Assembly (NCBI RefSeq): GCF_964194155.1 | Contig: NC_135896.1 | Coordinates: 39,184,001-39,248,000, forward strand | Origin: Cetorhinus maximus | Taxonomy: Eukaryota | Reading direction: 5' to 3' | Length of the DNA stretch: 64,000 bases | Shown here: positions 1 through 12,350 of the stretch, piece by piece | Position numbering within the stretch: the first letter of the stretch is position 1 | Layout of the letters: each line of letters begins with the position of its first letter | Notes under the pieces: model-generated | Told to the model about the DNA's origin: nothing | The model's input: the letters and a program-made list of their open reading frames with translations, nothing else | The model's database searches: none | Program-made: the position numbers and the translations under genes

Positions 1-1001
1 AGGCCTGAAAGGCCTCCTTCTGTGCAGTAACCATTCTATGTTTCCATGATTCTATGAATGGTTTGTGAAAAGTGAAACATACTGCCCCAAAAGGTCAAAC
101 CTGTTTAAGTATCTCAAAAGCTGATAGATACTTAACTGGGAGGTAAATGTATTGAAGGAAAATGGAAAAAATGTAAGGAATTATGATTAAAAGATAGAGC
201 TACCATGGATAACGAAATGGCTGAGCCAGCCTGATGGTCCAAATAAGTTTACATCTTTTACAAAAAAACCTAGTAAGTGATGCAAGTTTAATGATTATAT
301 CTTTCAAGTAGAGTAAATATATCTGGATCTTTTGGCTATCTGGAAATCCAGCAAGCCTGACTTAAATTTAATCAAATCTGTAATTCCACTGTAAGCCCAC
401 TGATTCCCACAGCTACCTTAATTACACTTCCTTCCACCTGGCTTCCAGTAAGGACTTGATTCCATTCTCCCAGTTTCTCCATGTCCATCTCCGTCTCACC
501 TATTCAGGTGATGCCACTTTCCACACTAGTGATTCTGATATGTCTTATTTTTTCCTCAACTGAGGATTCCCTCCACCAATTTTGATAGGGTCATTGACCA
601 TCTCCATTCCATTTTTTGCATTTCTGTTCTCATCCATTCCTCTCTGTTCCAGAATCTTGTCCTCATCTTCCACCCACCAGCCTTCACATTCATTGGATCA
701 TCCTCTGCTATTTCCACCACATCCAGGGTCATGCTACCACAAAAAATATGCAGTCTCATCTACATTGGATAAACCAAGCACGGATTGGGTGACCACTGTG
801 TGGAACATCTCCATTCAGTCCTCAAGCGTAACCCTGAGATTCTAGTTGACATTCATTTTAATTCTCCACCACATCCCACACTGATCTTCTAACCTCAGCC
901 AACTGCACTGTTCCAATGAAGCTCAATGGGAGCTCCCAGAATAGCACCTTATCTTTCAATTAAGCATTTTACAGCCTTCTGGACTCAACACTGGTCATAA
1001 C

Positions 1002-4000
1002 TGTAGTATTAGGGTGTTCAGGACCAAAAGGGTTAATGTGGGACTGGGGAAACAGTACTGCGAAGGTGGTGATATAAAGGGAGTCACGTGACTAGTGTAG
1101 TAGTTCAGTTGTGGAGTAGCATGTAGTAGGGTATAAGTCTGCATGAAGGTAGCCATTCAAAGAGAATACAGTACATATGGAAATAGTTGTGTGTTAATAA
1201 TAAACAGTTACTGTTCTGACATTCAAGCCTATAGGCCTCTTCTCATGAGACAACCACAACAACATACAACATGGTGGCAGCCGGTGATGGACCCCAAAAT
1301 CTCCAAAATTAAAGAAGACAAAAACTGACCTAAGAAAATTGTGTCATATTGAACACTTCGAGGACACAGCTGGAAATCACCAGAGTAGCTCCTTCACAGG
1401 CACGGAAACAAGGGCAGAAAAAGAATTCCACCATGCAACTCAAAAGGACCCCCCCAAAGCACGTGGATATCCTTTGTGAAACCCAATCGATAACAGAGCC
1501 AGAAGGTCTACTGACAATCCAAAGTGGGTGAGATCAAACTTTGGATAAGGCTTTAAAAACATTTCATATACAAGGCAGCACTAGCATACTGTTTATTTAA
1601 AAAAGCATGGCTGAAGAACGCTGCAGCCTGGTCCAGAGACGGCACCATACTATGTGGCGACAGCGCAAAAAGAAAACAGCTGGAGAGAACTAGAGGCAAA
1701 AAACAGCTTAAAACTATACCCACCAGACGCAGCAAAGCAACTAACTGTCAACTACAATAACTTCTAGCGATTTTTCCTGAAAAATTGCCAAAGTTTAAAC
1801 CAGCTCAGTAATTGTGGTAGCTATCAGAGAGAAAGTTTGGCAAGCGCAGGGAAAGCTGATTACCACAGCACCATCTTAAAAATTTAAAGCAGACTTCCCC
1901 AGAGCTGAAAACTGCCATGGATGGAAAATTTACACTGCCAGATCGTTTGGGGCAGATGGAAAGGCCTGACCAAACACAAAATTGAGTCTGATGGAGAAGA
2001 TGATTTTTAAGATATAGAATAGCATCATGCTTAAATACTAAAACAGAAGTTAAACAGATTAATACACTATTGTATTCAGTTGATCCAAAGCCGATGATAT
2101 AATAGCCGGACAAGGAATGAATGAAACTTCTGACAAGTTTGAAGAGGTCATGAAACCTTTTGACATCTATTTTAATCTCAGAAACAACAACATTTTAGAA
2201 AGAGCTAAATTTAATAGGAGAGTTCAAAGGCCTGGAGAATCTGTAGACTTCTTCATAAATGATTAGAGTGATTTAAAGTCTAGGTTGATTTGAGATCACA
2301 TAGTGGTTGGGACAATACTCTTTCTGACATGCTCCACTCTAAAGAAGATTTGACATTGGAAAAAGATATCCAAATTGTCAGACATTTGTAAGTCCACCAG
2401 CAAAACCAATGTATTTTGCATGGTGAAGTTAAACTGTGGTACAGAGCAACCCCAAGAGTCCACTCAAAGCAACAAAAAGACAAGGAAATTCCAGGGCAAG
2501 GAAAGCAAGACCCATGCTAAATACAAGTCAAGATGATGGTAGCGCTGTGGCACCAAAAGACCCCAAAGGCAAGAGCAGTGCCTAGCAATCATTGTGCAGT
2601 GTTTCCACTACAACTGGCTGGGGCACTTGTATAAATGTATAAATCCAGAACCTTGAAACATGCAGAGGATCACAAGGGAATTAACGAGATAGAAGAAGCA
2701 TACCAAGAAGATGACCAACCATGTTTTGTGGGAGAAATTAAAGATCCCAGAATCACATTTGGAATGCTGACATGTGCGTCAACGGACACATCACAAATTC
2801 TAAGTTAGACACGGGAGCCATGTCATGGTCCTGTCGAATCAGGAACTGTGGCTAAAAGACGGGCAACAGACAGAGCACTACATGGTCTCAGAGGAATCCA
2901 ACTACCAGTCACAGGTATGATTCAAGAGCCGCTCCGGTATGGCAACAAGCAAATAATCAAAATTCTGTATGTCATCCCAATCAATCCTTTTCTCTCCTGA
3001 GCAGAGAAGCGTGCGTTACCCAAACCTCCTCAAAATGGCAGAAGATATCAAAACAGCCACTGTAGTCAACTACACTGAACTGGATACTCCCGAGAGGTTC
3101 ACCAGTGCTGATGATCTCAACTGGGACTTCAGTTTGGAATTGTTCTCACTCTTTGCAGAGTCAGTTATTTGAGCTCCTTTGCAGATGGCAGTCACACCAG
3201 CCAAACCTCCAGATGAACACCAACATACGTTCAAAGAAGATAGAGGAGAAGGAGCAGGAGCAGAAGGTTGAGCCTGAACTTCAGAGTCAAACAGTTGCTG
3301 TCACAGAATCAGGAAAAACTACAGGAACAAAGCTGGAGCTTCAAAAGTTCATACGCACAACATGAAGTTGATCCTGGAGCAGGAGAGAAGGAACCACTAA
3401 CTCACCAAGACAAAACTCTGGGGGTACAAGTGCACATTAAGAAACAGAGTGCAGCATTAGAAGCCAAATGGCAGGTTGAGCTCAAGGATGAAACCATAAG
3501 ACCATAAGACACAGGAGCAGAAATTAGGCCATTCGGCCCATCGAGTCTGCTCCACCATTCAATCATGGCTGATAAGTTTCTCAACCCCATTCTCCCGCCT
3601 TCGCCCCGTAGCCTTTGATCCCTTTACCAATCAAGAACCTATCTATCTCGGTCTTAAATACACTCAATATTTAAGTAAATGGATGGCCAAACTGGGTTAC
3701 ATAAAAAAACATATCATGCATAGAGCTGAAGGAGCACGAGACCTCATTCTAACTGATTGGGAACTGCAATCCAGGGGGACAAGACCTGCCCCAAAGAACC
3801 ACCCAATGACACGTTCCAGGCTTCACTTGTTTCTTTGGGCAAAGAAAAAAAAAAAGAGTCTTAAGTCGATACGAGAGAAGGAAAGACATCTTGCAAACTA
3901 TGACAAGTCCTCAGTTGGTTAATGCTTAGTTTTCTGCACACCCACCCTCCCCTCCCCTCCCTCCCTCCCCCCAGCAGTGCACATCTGTAGAACAGTTGTA

Positions 4001-4844
4001 ACAGTAGCACCCAGGCAGTGACTTGCAGGCAAAGGCACAGGCAGTTTCTTCTCCACAGGTCACCAGTCTTAAACTTCAGGACTTTGGCCTTGGAAATAAG
4101 GATGTTGCAGGGCGTCGAAGGCAGAGATTCTTTTATAGGGGCTGATGAGGAACATACAAACATTAGGGAGGTAAATCTTCAACTTCCAGCAAGAACATGA
4201 CGGACCCAAATGAAAAAGAAAATCCGAGTCCACTCTATTAATGAACGGAGCAGACATTTCTTCCGGAAGGAAAGGATTAAGGCAAGGAAGACAGATTGCC
4301 GGAAAAGAAAAATACAACACTAAGGAGTGCAAGAAGTGAACCAGATGTTGACACATGAGTAAATGAAACACTGACCTAAGTACTACAGATCAACCAAATC
4401 AGACCATAGAAGTCGAGTCTCTAATTCCTCCAAATGTCAAACGAACATGATCAGGGAAAATTGTCAAATCTCCAGACCATTTAAATCTGTTAAGTCAGAG
4501 ATGAGGTGGGGGGTGGTGAGGGAGAGAAGGGGTGGCATGTAAATATTATAGAAATATATTTGGATAAAGTCTTGGGGGGGTAGATATAGTATTAGGGTGT
4601 TCAGGACTGAAAGAGTTAATGTGGGACTGGGAAAACAGTACCATCCACATGCTGATGTAAAGGGTCACGAGTCACATGACTATAGTCGTTCAGTAGTGTG
4701 TAGTAGGGTAGATGTCTGCATAGAGGTAGCCACAGCCAAGAGAATACTGTACATATATAAATAGTCATGTGTTAATAACATGTTACTGTTCTGACATACA
4801 AGCCTCTAGACCTCTTTATGAGACAATCATAACAACATACAACA
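1002..4844 (+). mobile_element. Ty3/Gypsy-like LTR retrotransposon, internally deleted (gag and protease remnants; no RT, RNase H or integrase seen)
   Basis: Direct LTRs at 1002-1271 (TGTAGTATT...ACAACA) and 4585-4844; 5-bp TSD ATAAC (997-1001, 4845-4849); PBS TGGTGGCAGCCGGTG at 1272 (tRNA-Leu-like); G-rich PPT before 4585; frameshifted gag (..ERAKFNRRVQRPGESVDFFIND.. near 2195-2263) and protease motif KLDTGA near 2801-2818. Confidence 0.9.
3494..3668 (-). mobile_element. CR1 LINE 3'-end fragment inserted in the Gypsy element
   Basis: cataagaccataagacacaggagcagaaattaggccattcggccc... is a tandem-repeat tail plus 3' UTR. A near-identical copy lies at about 47429-47568. Confidence 0.75.
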
Positions 4845-5759
4845 ATAACATTTGAAGTCAGAACTTCTGCTCCCATTTCTTTGGACTGTGGTTGTTGTTG
4901 CCTCCCACTTATGCCTCCACCATGTCCATCTTTTATTTCTTTACTTGGTCGATTACCATCTTCTTTTGCTTTGCATCATTATCACTTATGTCACTTAATC
5001 TCTCCTGCCTTCCACCCTATTACAGACCTTCCTTGTGATTCCTTCTCCGCTTCTGTACTTGCTTAAAATCTGTTACATATCAATGATTATGAAAGGTTAT
5101 AGATCTGAAATGTTAATTGTTTCTCTCTCCACAGACGCTGCCTAACTTGCTGAGTATTTCCAACACTCTGCTTCATCTTCAGATTTCCTGTCAGCAGTAT
5201 TTTGTTTTTATATCTGCATTCACCCTATTAGACCAAGCCAAGAGTCTAGCCAACAAAAAAAATCTGTTCTTTTGTTTAGACATTTAAGTTTGACCAGCCT
5301 CAATTGTTTTTTTTTAAATCATGATAAACAAGATGAGGGACAATAATGGTGGCGGAATGAAACACTTTCAATTTTTAGCATCCAGTATCACTAATGACAC
5401 TCCCAGATCAGGCATAGCACAGTTTGCTTAACTCTGCAACTTAACTCAACACAGCCTCAAAAGAACATCCTTTAAATTGTCTATGATTTTTTTTTTTCAT
5501 TTCCTACCTCTGCCATCCTGCAGCCCCTCTGGAGTGGATTGCCAATTGGTGTCAAACACAGGATAGTTTTGTGCTATATGTACTCATTGAGAAACTGAAT
5601 TGAACCACACAAACACAATCCACATAGAACCTTTACTGCTAGTGCTAAAGAGCAGGATTCCATCCCATCAGTCGGGGCTGAATTTGAACCTAGCTGACAG
5701 AGATCAAAGGCCATTGTCTAACCCACTGCATTGGACAGAGACATAAAGTCCAAGTAAAA

Positions 5760-6290
5760 AGAAATAATACATTTATACAAAGTATTTGGTTTGGCCATAG
5801 TTAGAATACCATGTGATGCTTTGGGCACCCCATTTAGAATAACATTAATGCTATACAGAATGCAAAGCATAGATTCACCAGAATGATGCCAGATGAAGTT
5901 AACTACACTTGTGAGGAGAGAATTGAGGTATTGGACTATTTTCACTGGAGCAGAGAAGGTCAACACCCATAATAAGGTTTTGTAAAATGATTAAGAACTT
6001 TGGGGAAAGACTATTTCCTTTGATTCAGAAGTCAGGGATTTGGGGTTATTCATTTAAAATTGTCAATAGATAGTGAGGGGCTAGAATAAATTTCAACACA
6101 CAGAGAGGCTGCTGGACCATGGAGTGCTTTAGCGAGTGGTTGAGGCAGAGACTATTCCACTTAATAAGGGAAAAATGGTAAGTATTTGAAACAGAGAAAG
6201 ATACAAAGGAGAGAGCAGGGCAGTGGGATTTGCTTTGGATTGCTCTTGGCAGTCACAATAGGTCAAATAGCCTCTTTGTGTGCCGTAAAT
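5760..6290 (+). mobile_element. Highly decayed CR1 3' fragment
   Basis: Remnants of the CR1 C-terminal RFTRMMP and GLFSLE motifs, followed by 3' UTR-like sequence. Confidence 0.55.
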
Positions 6291-7334
6291 TTAAAGCTTT
6301 AAATGCATTATTGCTAAGCATTGAAGAGGAGCATCGAACTCCCTGGAGCGAATCTAAATTGGCTTCTTTTGTCAGCTTGAAAATTCCAAAAATTAGAGGA
6401 GGAGCACAATGAAGACTAAAAAGCTTTTGAAGTTATAGAACATTCAACCACTTGTTTTCTTTCCTAATGCTCCATTTATATTCTATCAAGACAAAAATTT
6501 ACTCATGCAGGCCAGCAGCTATATGACCTATTTGTGCCACTTTTGGGTCAGGGAGAACAGACCCCTGTGCAACTTTACATATAAAATGCTGAGAGCTGTA
6601 CTCAGCTTGGCTCAGTTGGAGAGCACAATCTTTCAGATGAGATTTTAAAGAGAGATTCTGTGGGCCATGAAGCAGTAAAAGGTTATTAGCCATTACTGTG
6701 GCAGCCATTTTGACTTTCCAGTTCCCAAGGAAGCCCGAGCTCACCAGGAGAATAGGCGGTGGCCTTGCATTTAGGCATGATTCACAGCGGTAGCCTTTGA
6801 GGTTCTCTTGGAAGTAATGAGAGAGAGGAGGGGGGTCTTTTTTCCAGGGGGTGGCAGGAAAAGGCCACCTAGCCAAACAAAGTGGGGTGGTAAATATTGT
6901 CAGTAGCCAAAGTTTTTTAAAACCTTTCATGGGAGGTGAGCATCATTAGAAGTGGTGGTGCTGTTAAGAAGAGAGTTCCAGAATTTTCACCAAGCAACAA
7001 TGAAGGAACAGCAATATAGTTTCAAGTGGGGAGAGGTGTGTGGCTTGGAGGGGAACCTGTAGATAGTCTTTCCTTGCATCTGTTGCCCTTGCCCTTCTAG
7101 CTGATAAAGGTCACAGATTTGGAAGGTGCTGTCAAAGGAGGCTTGACAAGTTGCTGCAGTGCATTTTGCATATGGTACACAATGCTGCCACTGTCCATCA
7201 AGGTGGTAGAGGGAATGGATGTTTAACCTGGTGTATGGGGTGCCAATCAAGTGGGCTGTTTTGTCCTGGATGGTGTTGAGCTTCTTGACTGTGGTTGGAG
7301 TTGCACCCATCCAGGTAAGTGGAGAGTATTCCAT

Positions 7335-7451
7335 GACCAGGATTTTATGGCATGTCTCCCCTCAGCGGATGCAGTGAGCCATTTAAATCTCCGTTCAGCT
7401 TGGTGGAACTGTAATATCCTGCCAGGCGGGAGGGGCTGTAAAATCCTAGTC
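7335..7451. mobile_element. 117-bp MITE, PIF/Harbinger-like
   Basis: TIRs GACCAGGATTTTAT and GTAAAATCCTAGTC (12/14 complementary); 3-bp TSD CAT (7332-7334, 7452-7454); interrupts the LINE motif gagtattccat|cacactcc. Confidence 0.75.
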
Positions 7452-8393
7452 CATCACACTCCTGACTTGCGCTTTGTAATGGTGGACAGGCTTTAGGGAG
7501 TCAGGAAGTGAGTTACTTAACAGAGTTTCCAGCCTCTGACCTGCAGCCACAGTATTTACATGGCTGTTTCAGTTCAGTTGCTGGACAATAGTAACCTCCA
7601 GGATATTGATGGTGGGATATTCAGCAATGGAAATGTTGTTGAATGTCCAAGGGGAGAGGGTTGAATCTATTCTGTTGGAGACAGTTATTACTTGGCACTT
7701 GTGTGGCACATATGTTACTTGCTACTTATCATCCCATGGTTGAACGTTGTCCAGGTCTTGCTACGTATGGACGTGGATTGCTTCAGTATCTGAGCAGTAG
7801 AGAATTGTACTGAACACTGTGCAAGCATCAACAAACATTCCCACTTCTGACCTTACGCTGGACGGAAAGATATTGATTGAAGTAGCTGAAGATGGTTGGG
7901 CCTAGGACACTACCTTGAGGAGCTCCTGCAGTGGTGTCTCAGGGCTGAGGTGATTGGCCTCCAACAACCACAACAGTCTTCCTTTGTGCTCTGTATAATT
8001 CCAACCTGTGGAGAGTTCCTCACCCTCTAAACCTAATTCCCATTGACTTCAATTTTGCTTGACCACACTTTGGTCAAAAGCTGCCTTGACATCAAGGGCA
8101 GTCAGTCTCAACTCACCTCTTCAGTTCAGCTCTTTAGTCTATGTTTGAACCAAGGCTGTACTGAGATCAGGAGCCAAGTGACCCTGGCGGAACCCAAGAT
8201 GAGCATCGATGAGATTATTGCAGTGTCAATACCACCTTTCATTGCTTTGCTGATGATCAAGACTGATGTGGTGATAACTGGCTGGATGGGTTTGTCCTGC
8301 TTTTTGTGGACAGGACCTTGTGGACAATTTTCCACATTGTCAGGTGGATGCCAGTGTTGTAATACCGGTATTGGAACAGCTTGGCTAGGGGTG

Positions 8394-8900
8394 AGGCTAA
8401 TGGAGCACCGGAGGAACTGGATGCAGTGCTGCAAGAGGTTTAATGACCTTCTTATCTCTGGCAATGTGAGTCCTTCTTCAACCTGGAAATGAGAGTGCAT
8501 CGCTAGAACCAGATGACAGGCCTCCAGCCACCAACAGATGCACCAGTTGAGCAGCGAGGTGTGCACGGTGCTTCTGAACATGGGAGATGTGTGTGCCCAG
8601 GGTATTTGAGCCATTAATAATGCCCAGAGCCCTAGCACTGTTGAAGACTAGCAACATTGATACATGCACGTTTTTAAATAAGCCAATGGCGTTGGTGAGA
8701 GGCCAGCATTGTCTTACTTCTCTTTTATCCTTGAAAAGGCCACAGAATTCACAGGAGAGGGCGCACAGGAGGCAGAGTGCCCCAGCTCACCATCTTCACA
8801 ACCATAGAGGCTGCAGCAATGAAAATCACCAGCGTGGTTCTACATGATCCAGTGGGCGATGGAGATGGACATATTTGGAGGAGAGAGGGAAAAGATTTGC
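8394..8900 (+). mobile_element. Harbinger-type Myb/SANT-like gene remnant
   Basis: Peptide RRNWMQCCKRFNDL resembles the Harbinger Myb-like helix 3. It is followed by a GTGAGT donor-like site near 8467 and a downstream remnant resembling ER.TGGG.P. Confidence 0.45.
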
Positions 8901-11379
8901 AATCTACAGCTGATGGGGATGGAGTACACACCTCCCCTTCCAACAACATGCCAAAGCCTCAGCTGTATCGGGAAGCCTCATGTTCTCCTCCTTTTGTTCT
9001 GTCTTTCCTGCAAAACAGTTACTATAATCAAATAAATTTATTGGCTGTACTTTGGGACACCCAGAGGTGATCAAAGGTACTTGCAAATCTTTTTCTTCCT
9101 TATTCAATGATGTCCAACTACCAGTTCCAACCAAAGTATGGCACTGGTGGCTCAATATCATCTCAAACCAAATGTGCAGTTCTTTTATTCATGCATGAAT
9201 GAAATGATGTAGGCATCACTATCAAGCCCAACATTTATTGCTCATTCCTAACTGCCTTGAACCGCTGCAGTTCAAGTGGTGGTGGTAGCCCACAGAGATG
9301 TTAGTGACAGAGTTCCAAGATTTTGACCCAGTGACAATGAAGGGACAGCACTATCTATTTTCAAGTAAGGATGGTGTGGAACTTGAACAGGAACTTGGAG
9401 GTGGTGGTATTCCCACATGCTGCCCTGGTCTTTCCAGGTGGTAGAGGTCATGGGTTTGGGAGGTACTGTTGACAAAGTCTTGATGAGCTGTAGGTCTTAT
9501 ATACAGTACTGGAGCCACAATGCACCAACAGTGGAGGAAATAAATGTTTAAGGTAGTGAATGGGTGTCAATTAAGTAGGCTGCTTTGTCGTAGATGATGT
9601 TAAGCTTCCTGAGTGTTGTTGAGTTCTTTGGAGTGTTGGAGTTGCATCCATCCAAGGAAGTGGAGAGAATTTAATCAAACTTCTAATTTTACCATGTAGG
9701 CTCTGGAAAGGCGTTGGCGAATTAGGTGAGTCAGTCGCCACTGAATAATCGGGCCCTGATCTGCTCATGTAGCCATATTCTAGCTATGCTGTTTGTCAAC
9801 ACTAACCCCCAGAATGCTGATGTAGAGTTGACAATGTTAATGCAATATAATGTCAAAGGGAGGTGGCTAGACTCTCTTGTTAGAGATGGTCATCACCTAG
9901 CATTTGTGTGGCACAAATTTTACTTGACATTTATGAGCCCATGACTCAATATTGTCCTGGTATTGCTGCATGCTGGTAAGGCTTGTTTCATTATCTGAGG
10001 AATTGGAAATGGAACAAAACACTGTGCAATTATCAGCAAGCATCCACATTTCTGACCTTATGATGGAGGGAAGATCATTGATGAAGCAGCTGAAGAGGTT
10101 GGGCTTACTTCCCAAAAATCACTGATGACTTCTGGAGAGGCCAGGCATATGATACTGTGTATTTGCTACCAAGGTAGTGCAAAAAAAAAATAACTGTGAC
10201 TCAATATTTTTAAAATGAGAATTTTGTCTTGTAGTTGAATTCACTGGATAGTAAATAATAAACTGGCAAAAGGTTATACTATGTTTTATTGTATTTTTTA
10301 TGCCAAATAATTCAACTTAACATATATTCACATATACACAATTAGATTTCAGGTGACAAACAATAACAATTATTTAATAAATCAAAATTTAAAATTCAAA
10401 AAACACTCTCAAAGTTAACACCATTCAACAAGAAACGAAAAGTAAACACACTCTTGAGCCTTGCATGACTGAATCATAAGGTGACATACACAAAAAGGAA
10501 CAGCAAACAAAGATATTTACAAACACCAAAATACAATACATGGCAGGGCCATTCATAAAAACAAAACATAGAATGTGATCAAACCCTATTTCAGCAAAGA
10601 CAAATTAAAAATACACACCCATACTTGATTCATTGATAAAGAAACAGTAAGTGGTACCCACAGGATCTTTTGAGTACAGCAAAGCAAAACTCAAACTGAA
10701 CCATGCAAATATAAATGCTAGATCACTTGGAAATTAATTGTTTTCTATAATGAGGGCACCCTAGTGGCTTATGGTAGGAATAGTCAATCTGCAAATCTAG
10801 GTGCCACTTGCAATCACCATGTCCCCATAACTTGGCTTTGGAAATCTAAACATCTCAGTCCCATTAGTACAAAAGCAAAATACTACAAATGCTGGGAATC
10901 TGAACTAAAAAATCAGCTGATGACCTATCATCTGAACCTGAAACGTTAATTCTGTTTTTCTCTCCACAATTGCTGCCAGTTTTGATGGGTATTTCCTGAT
11001 GTTCTGTTTTTATTTCAGGCCTATTAGTGTTTATTTTTTATTTGCTAGTTTGTCACATTTAAATTTGAAAATTGGAAGTTTAGAAAGGGCTGCTTTTAGT
11101 GTCATTGCTATATTGATGGACAAATGCTCAATCAGAACAAAATAAAAAAACCTAATACACAGCCCCTCAAATACGCGTGACCAACAAACACAAAAACCTG
11201 ACACCCCTGGTCTACTCTGACTTTTATATTGGCATGTTTAATTCTAGGTTTGTTTATCCACACTTCTCAATACTGATTGGTCTCCTCAGAATACATTAAC
11301 TAAACAATTTCAGTTTAAAAAAAATTCATCCACAGGATATGGGCACTTCTGGCAATTTGTTACCCATACCAATTGCCTT

Positions 11380-12350
11380 CTTCAACTCACTCCAGTCCAA
11401 GTGGTAACAGTGCAGGGATATTGACTAAACAACCACAAAGGAATGGCAGTAACACATTCTGTAATCTTATGGCCCAGCATACCCCCTACTCTACCACTGC
11501 CATCAAGCCAAGGGATCAACCCTGGTTCAATGAATAGTGCACGAGGGCATGCCAAGAGCACCACCAGGTATGCCTAAAAATGAAGTGTCAACTTGGTTAA
11601 GCCACAACACAGGGCTACTTGTATGCCAAACAGCTGAAGTAGCATGTGAAAGACAGAGCTAAGATATCCCACAACTAATGGATCAGATCTAAGCCCTGCA
11701 GTCCTGCCACATCCAGTCGTGAATGGTGGACAATTACACAACCAACAGCAGGAGCAGGCTCCACAAATATCCCCATTTTCAGTGATGGGGAGCCTAGCAC
11801 ATTAGTGCTGAGTGGATGATCCATCTCAGCCTCCTCCTGAGGTCTCCGGTATCACAGATGCCAGTCTTCAGCCAATTTGGTTCACTCCATGTGATATCAA
11901 GAAATAGCTGAAGGCATTGCATACTGCAAAGGCTATGGGTGCTTACAACATCCTGGCAATTGTACTGAAGACTTGTGGTCCAGAACTAGCTGCTCCCCTA
12001 GCCAAGTTGTTCCAAAACAGCTACAACATTGGCATTTACCTGGCAACATGGAAAATTCCCCAGCTATGTCCTGTCCACAAAAAGCTGCAGGATATATCTA
12101 ACTCTGCCAATTACCAACCTATCAGTCTACTCTCAATCATCAAAGTGATGGAAGGGGTTGTCAACAATGCTATCAAGCAACATTTACTCAGCAGTAAGCT
12201 CTCAGTTTGGGTTCCACCAGGGTCACTCAGCTCCCAACTTAATTACAGCCTTGGTCCAAACATGGACAAAAAAGAGCTGAATTCATGGTGAGGTAAGAGT
12301 GATGCAGTGGTTCAAGAGGCAGCTCACTACCAATTTATGAAGGGCAATTA
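11380..12350 (+). mobile_element. CR1/L2-clade LINE RT N-terminal fragment
   Basis: ORF 11917-12291 reads KAMGAYNILAIVLKTCGPELAAPLAKLFQ...ANYQPISLLSII, matching the typical KAxGPD...NYRPISL RT domain 0/1. Confidence 0.8.

Larger units (their letters stand above)
430..5215 (+). mobile_element. Decayed Penelope-like element (PLE) 3' region, split by the LTR element at 1002-4844
   Basis: Segments at about 430-1001 and 4850-5215 join across the LTR insertion and end in the recurrent terminal motif gaaaggttatagatctgaaatgttaattg...ctctctccacagacgctgcc...gctgagtatttcc. The same motif occurs at 10920, 24241, 32785 and 46703. Family assignment is from recognition, not alignment. Confidence 0.55.
6920..10115 (-). 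mobile_element. CR1/L2-clade non-LTR retrotransposon fragments (two partial copies, about 6920-8390 and 9180-10115)
   Basis: ORF remnants MEYSPLTWMGATPTTVKKLNTIQDK (6987-7334), PNLFSCFINDLPSIIRSEMWMLADNCTVF (RT motif B/C-like, 9897-10115) and PVHKKQDK (8126-8638). Confidence 0.8.

Noticed and set aside
6499-6930. 143-aa minus-strand ORF, possible exon of a neighbouring gene such as TRMT61A
   Set aside because: No recognisable homology, and it overlaps repeat-like sequence. I found no TRMT61A or CKB exons in the window.
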